From a virus (lineage: Duplodnaviria > Caudoviricetes): a stretch of 27,904 nucleotides of DNA. Location of the stretch: IMG/VR virus record IMGVR_UViG_3300020401_000071, positions 1 through 27,904 of that record; one strand, 5' to 3'. Shown in pieces: positions 26,823-27,904 of the stretch (positions are counted from its first letter, which is position 1; every line of letters begins with the position of its first letter). A program made the translations under genes and the position numbers. The notes under the pieces are model-generated. The model saw only the letters and a program-made list of their open reading frames with translations. It was not told the DNA's origin and ran no database searches.

Positions 26823-26977
26823 TACTTTCCAACTTTTTTCATAGCTTTCTTATGACTGGCTGTGAACGACATTCCTGCCATCATATCTTTTCTCATACTG
26901 GACATATGCTTTGCAGTATGATGTTTGGCATGACGTTTGAGTGCAGCCTTTTGTCTATCAGTAAGTGCCTTCTTCAT
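26822..26977 (-). CDS. Basic His/Met-rich 51-aa protein (MKKALTDRQKAALKRHAKHHTAKHMSSMRKDMMAGMSFTASHKKAMKKVGK), not in ORF track
   Basis: GGAGG RBS; ATGA overlap at the start and TAATG overlap at the stop. Confidence 0.8.
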   Translation of the reverse strand: MKKALTDRQKAALKRHAKHHTAKHMSSMRKDMMAGMSFTASHKKAMKKVGK

Positions 26978-27147
26978 CTGTACCCTCCACCTTTTGCTTT
27001 GTATTGTTTAGCCAACATCTGTGCTTTTCTTGCAGACCATTGACCTGCCTTGCCACCTTTAGTTCCTGCTTTTATTCTTTGGAATAAAGCCTTTCTCATT
27101 GTTGGCTTGGTATAGTTACCTGCCTCATTGACTCGTGACTTTGCCAT
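26974..27147 (-). CDS. Basic 57-aa protein (MAKSRVNEAGNYTKPTMRKALFQRIKAGTKGGKAGQWSARKAQMLAKQYKAKGGGYR), DUF5872-like, not in ORF track
   Basis: TAATG overlap at the start, ATGA at the stop; GQWSARKAQ...GGGY motif. Confidence 0.8.
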   Translation of the reverse strand: MAKSRVNEAGNYTKPTMRKALFQRIKAGTKGGKAGQWSARKAQMLAKQYKAKGGGYR

Positions 27148-27278
27148 TACTTCATTTTTTTCTTTTTAGAAGCCATAATTTTTTTCTGCAGACTTGCAGG
27201 AAGTGTCTTCTGTTTCTTAGTAAGACCTCCGTTTGTTTTCTTTTTAGCTGCACCTTTTTTCATAGTATGGTATGGCAT
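27147..27278 (-). CDS. Lys-rich 43-aa peptide (MPYHTMKKGAAKKKTNGGLTKKQKTLPASLQKKIMASKKKKMK)
   Basis: AAGGAG RBS before ATG 27278; 15 Lys and no acidic residues. Confidence 0.75.
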   Translation of the reverse strand: MPYHTMKKGAAKKKTNGGLTKKQKTLPASLQKKIMASKKKKMK

Positions 27279-27306
27279 TGCTCTCTCCTTTTCTAGTTGG
27301 TTAAGT

Positions 27307-27615
27307 TTATCCTTTAGACTTCTTTTTGGCTTTATTTCGTTTACTAATAGCTCTAGCTTTTGCTCTAGCATCTGCTTTACTCTTAGCACCCCATTGACGA
27401 AGCGATAATAGTAAACGAGTAGGGTTTCCTTTTGAATCATATTCTGGTCCTTTCATGTTGCCCATACGAGCAAGAAAACTTGCACGTCTAGGATTATCAC
27501 CTGATTTGACTGGAGGCTTTAATGTGCCACCTTTATATGAGGCACGACCTTTAGCATTTAACCCACCTTTAGGATTCTTGCCTTCTTTTCGTGTCCATGC
27601 AGGTGTCTTAGCCAT
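27307..27615 (-). CDS. Basic 102-aa protein (AWTRKEGKNPKGGLNAKGRAS...RRASFLARM; DUF6321-like)
   Basis: Recognisable phage motif, Lys/Arg/Gly-rich; family name recalled from memory. Confidence 0.8.
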   Translation of the reverse strand: MAKTPAWTRKEGKNPKGGLNAKGRASYKGGTLKPPVKSGDNPRRASFLARMGNMKGPEYDSKGNPTRLLLSLRQWGAKSKADARAKARAISKRNKAKKKSKG

Positions 27616-27690
27616 TACGAGCCTTTTTGAATATTATTGTCTGTGTAAGACCATGTCATGTGTTGAGTCTGCATTTTTTAGTCCCCCTAG

Positions 27691-27903
27691 TCAAGTCAAG
27701 TCTATGTTTACAGAGATATTACCCTGCACAAGTGTCATGTTCTTTTCTACTGGTTTGTACCCTGCTCTATCAAGTATATCTTTACTTGCTTCAAGCTGTA
27801 CGTACTCAGACTTAGCATTACTTGCTAAGTCGAGTACTTTTCTTGAAGCAATCGTAGCATTTAGTCCAATGCTCTGTCGTATACATTGTTGCATATACTC
27901 TTG
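27691..27903 (-). CDS. terS: Terminase small subunit, C-terminal part (5' truncated by the window edge)
   Basis: AKSEYVQLEASKDILDRAGYKP...ISVNIDL pattern; frame open to the window end; upstream of terL. Confidence 0.7.
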   Translation of the reverse strand, partial: QEYMQQCIRQSIGLNATIASRKVLDLASNAKSEYVQLEASKDILDRAGYKPVEKNMTLVQGNISVNIDLT

Positions 27904-27904
27904 C

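Noticed and set aside
27279-27440. N-terminal extension of track ORF 27147-27440
   Set aside because: Overlaps the 102-aa gene in another frame; the AAGGAG RBS points to ATG 27278.
1-27904. tRNA, CRISPR array, integrase/att site, reverse transcriptase/DGR, intron or intein
   Set aside because: None seen by eye. Intergenic gaps are short, TerL and portal are uninterrupted, and the tail paralogs resemble each other only at protein level, not as TR/VR pairs.

Overview
This AT-rich window is most of a tailed-phage genome of podovirus type, truncated at both ends. Left arm (+ strand, 1-3294): a host-dependent replication/recombination module with a DnaT-like initiator domain overlapping a helicase-loader-like gene, two small ORFs, a YqaJ-type exonuclease, an ERF annealing protein, an SSB-like protein and a winged-HTH protein. 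No DNA or RNA polymerase is visible in the window. Right arm (- strand, 27904 to 3369): one tightly coupled late region running terS, a block of small Lys/Arg-rich ORFs, terL, portal, scaffold, gp13-like protein, major capsid, tail tubular A/B, three ejection proteins, a seven-gene tail-fibre/appendage cluster and a lysis cassette (3-TM holin, T4-type lysozyme). The architecture resembles marine low-GC alphaproteobacterial podophages; this and the host are inference only. Main novelties: (i) the basic micro-protein cassette between terS and terL, including what looks like a split version of a protein fused in cellular organisms; (ii) a 203-nt dual-frame overlap in the replication genes; (iii) a hairpin/repeat/promoter element able to occlude the exonuclease RBS; (iv) translationally coupled micro-ORFs in the lysis cassette that the ORF track misses. 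All family assignments come from motif recognition by eye, with no database searches.
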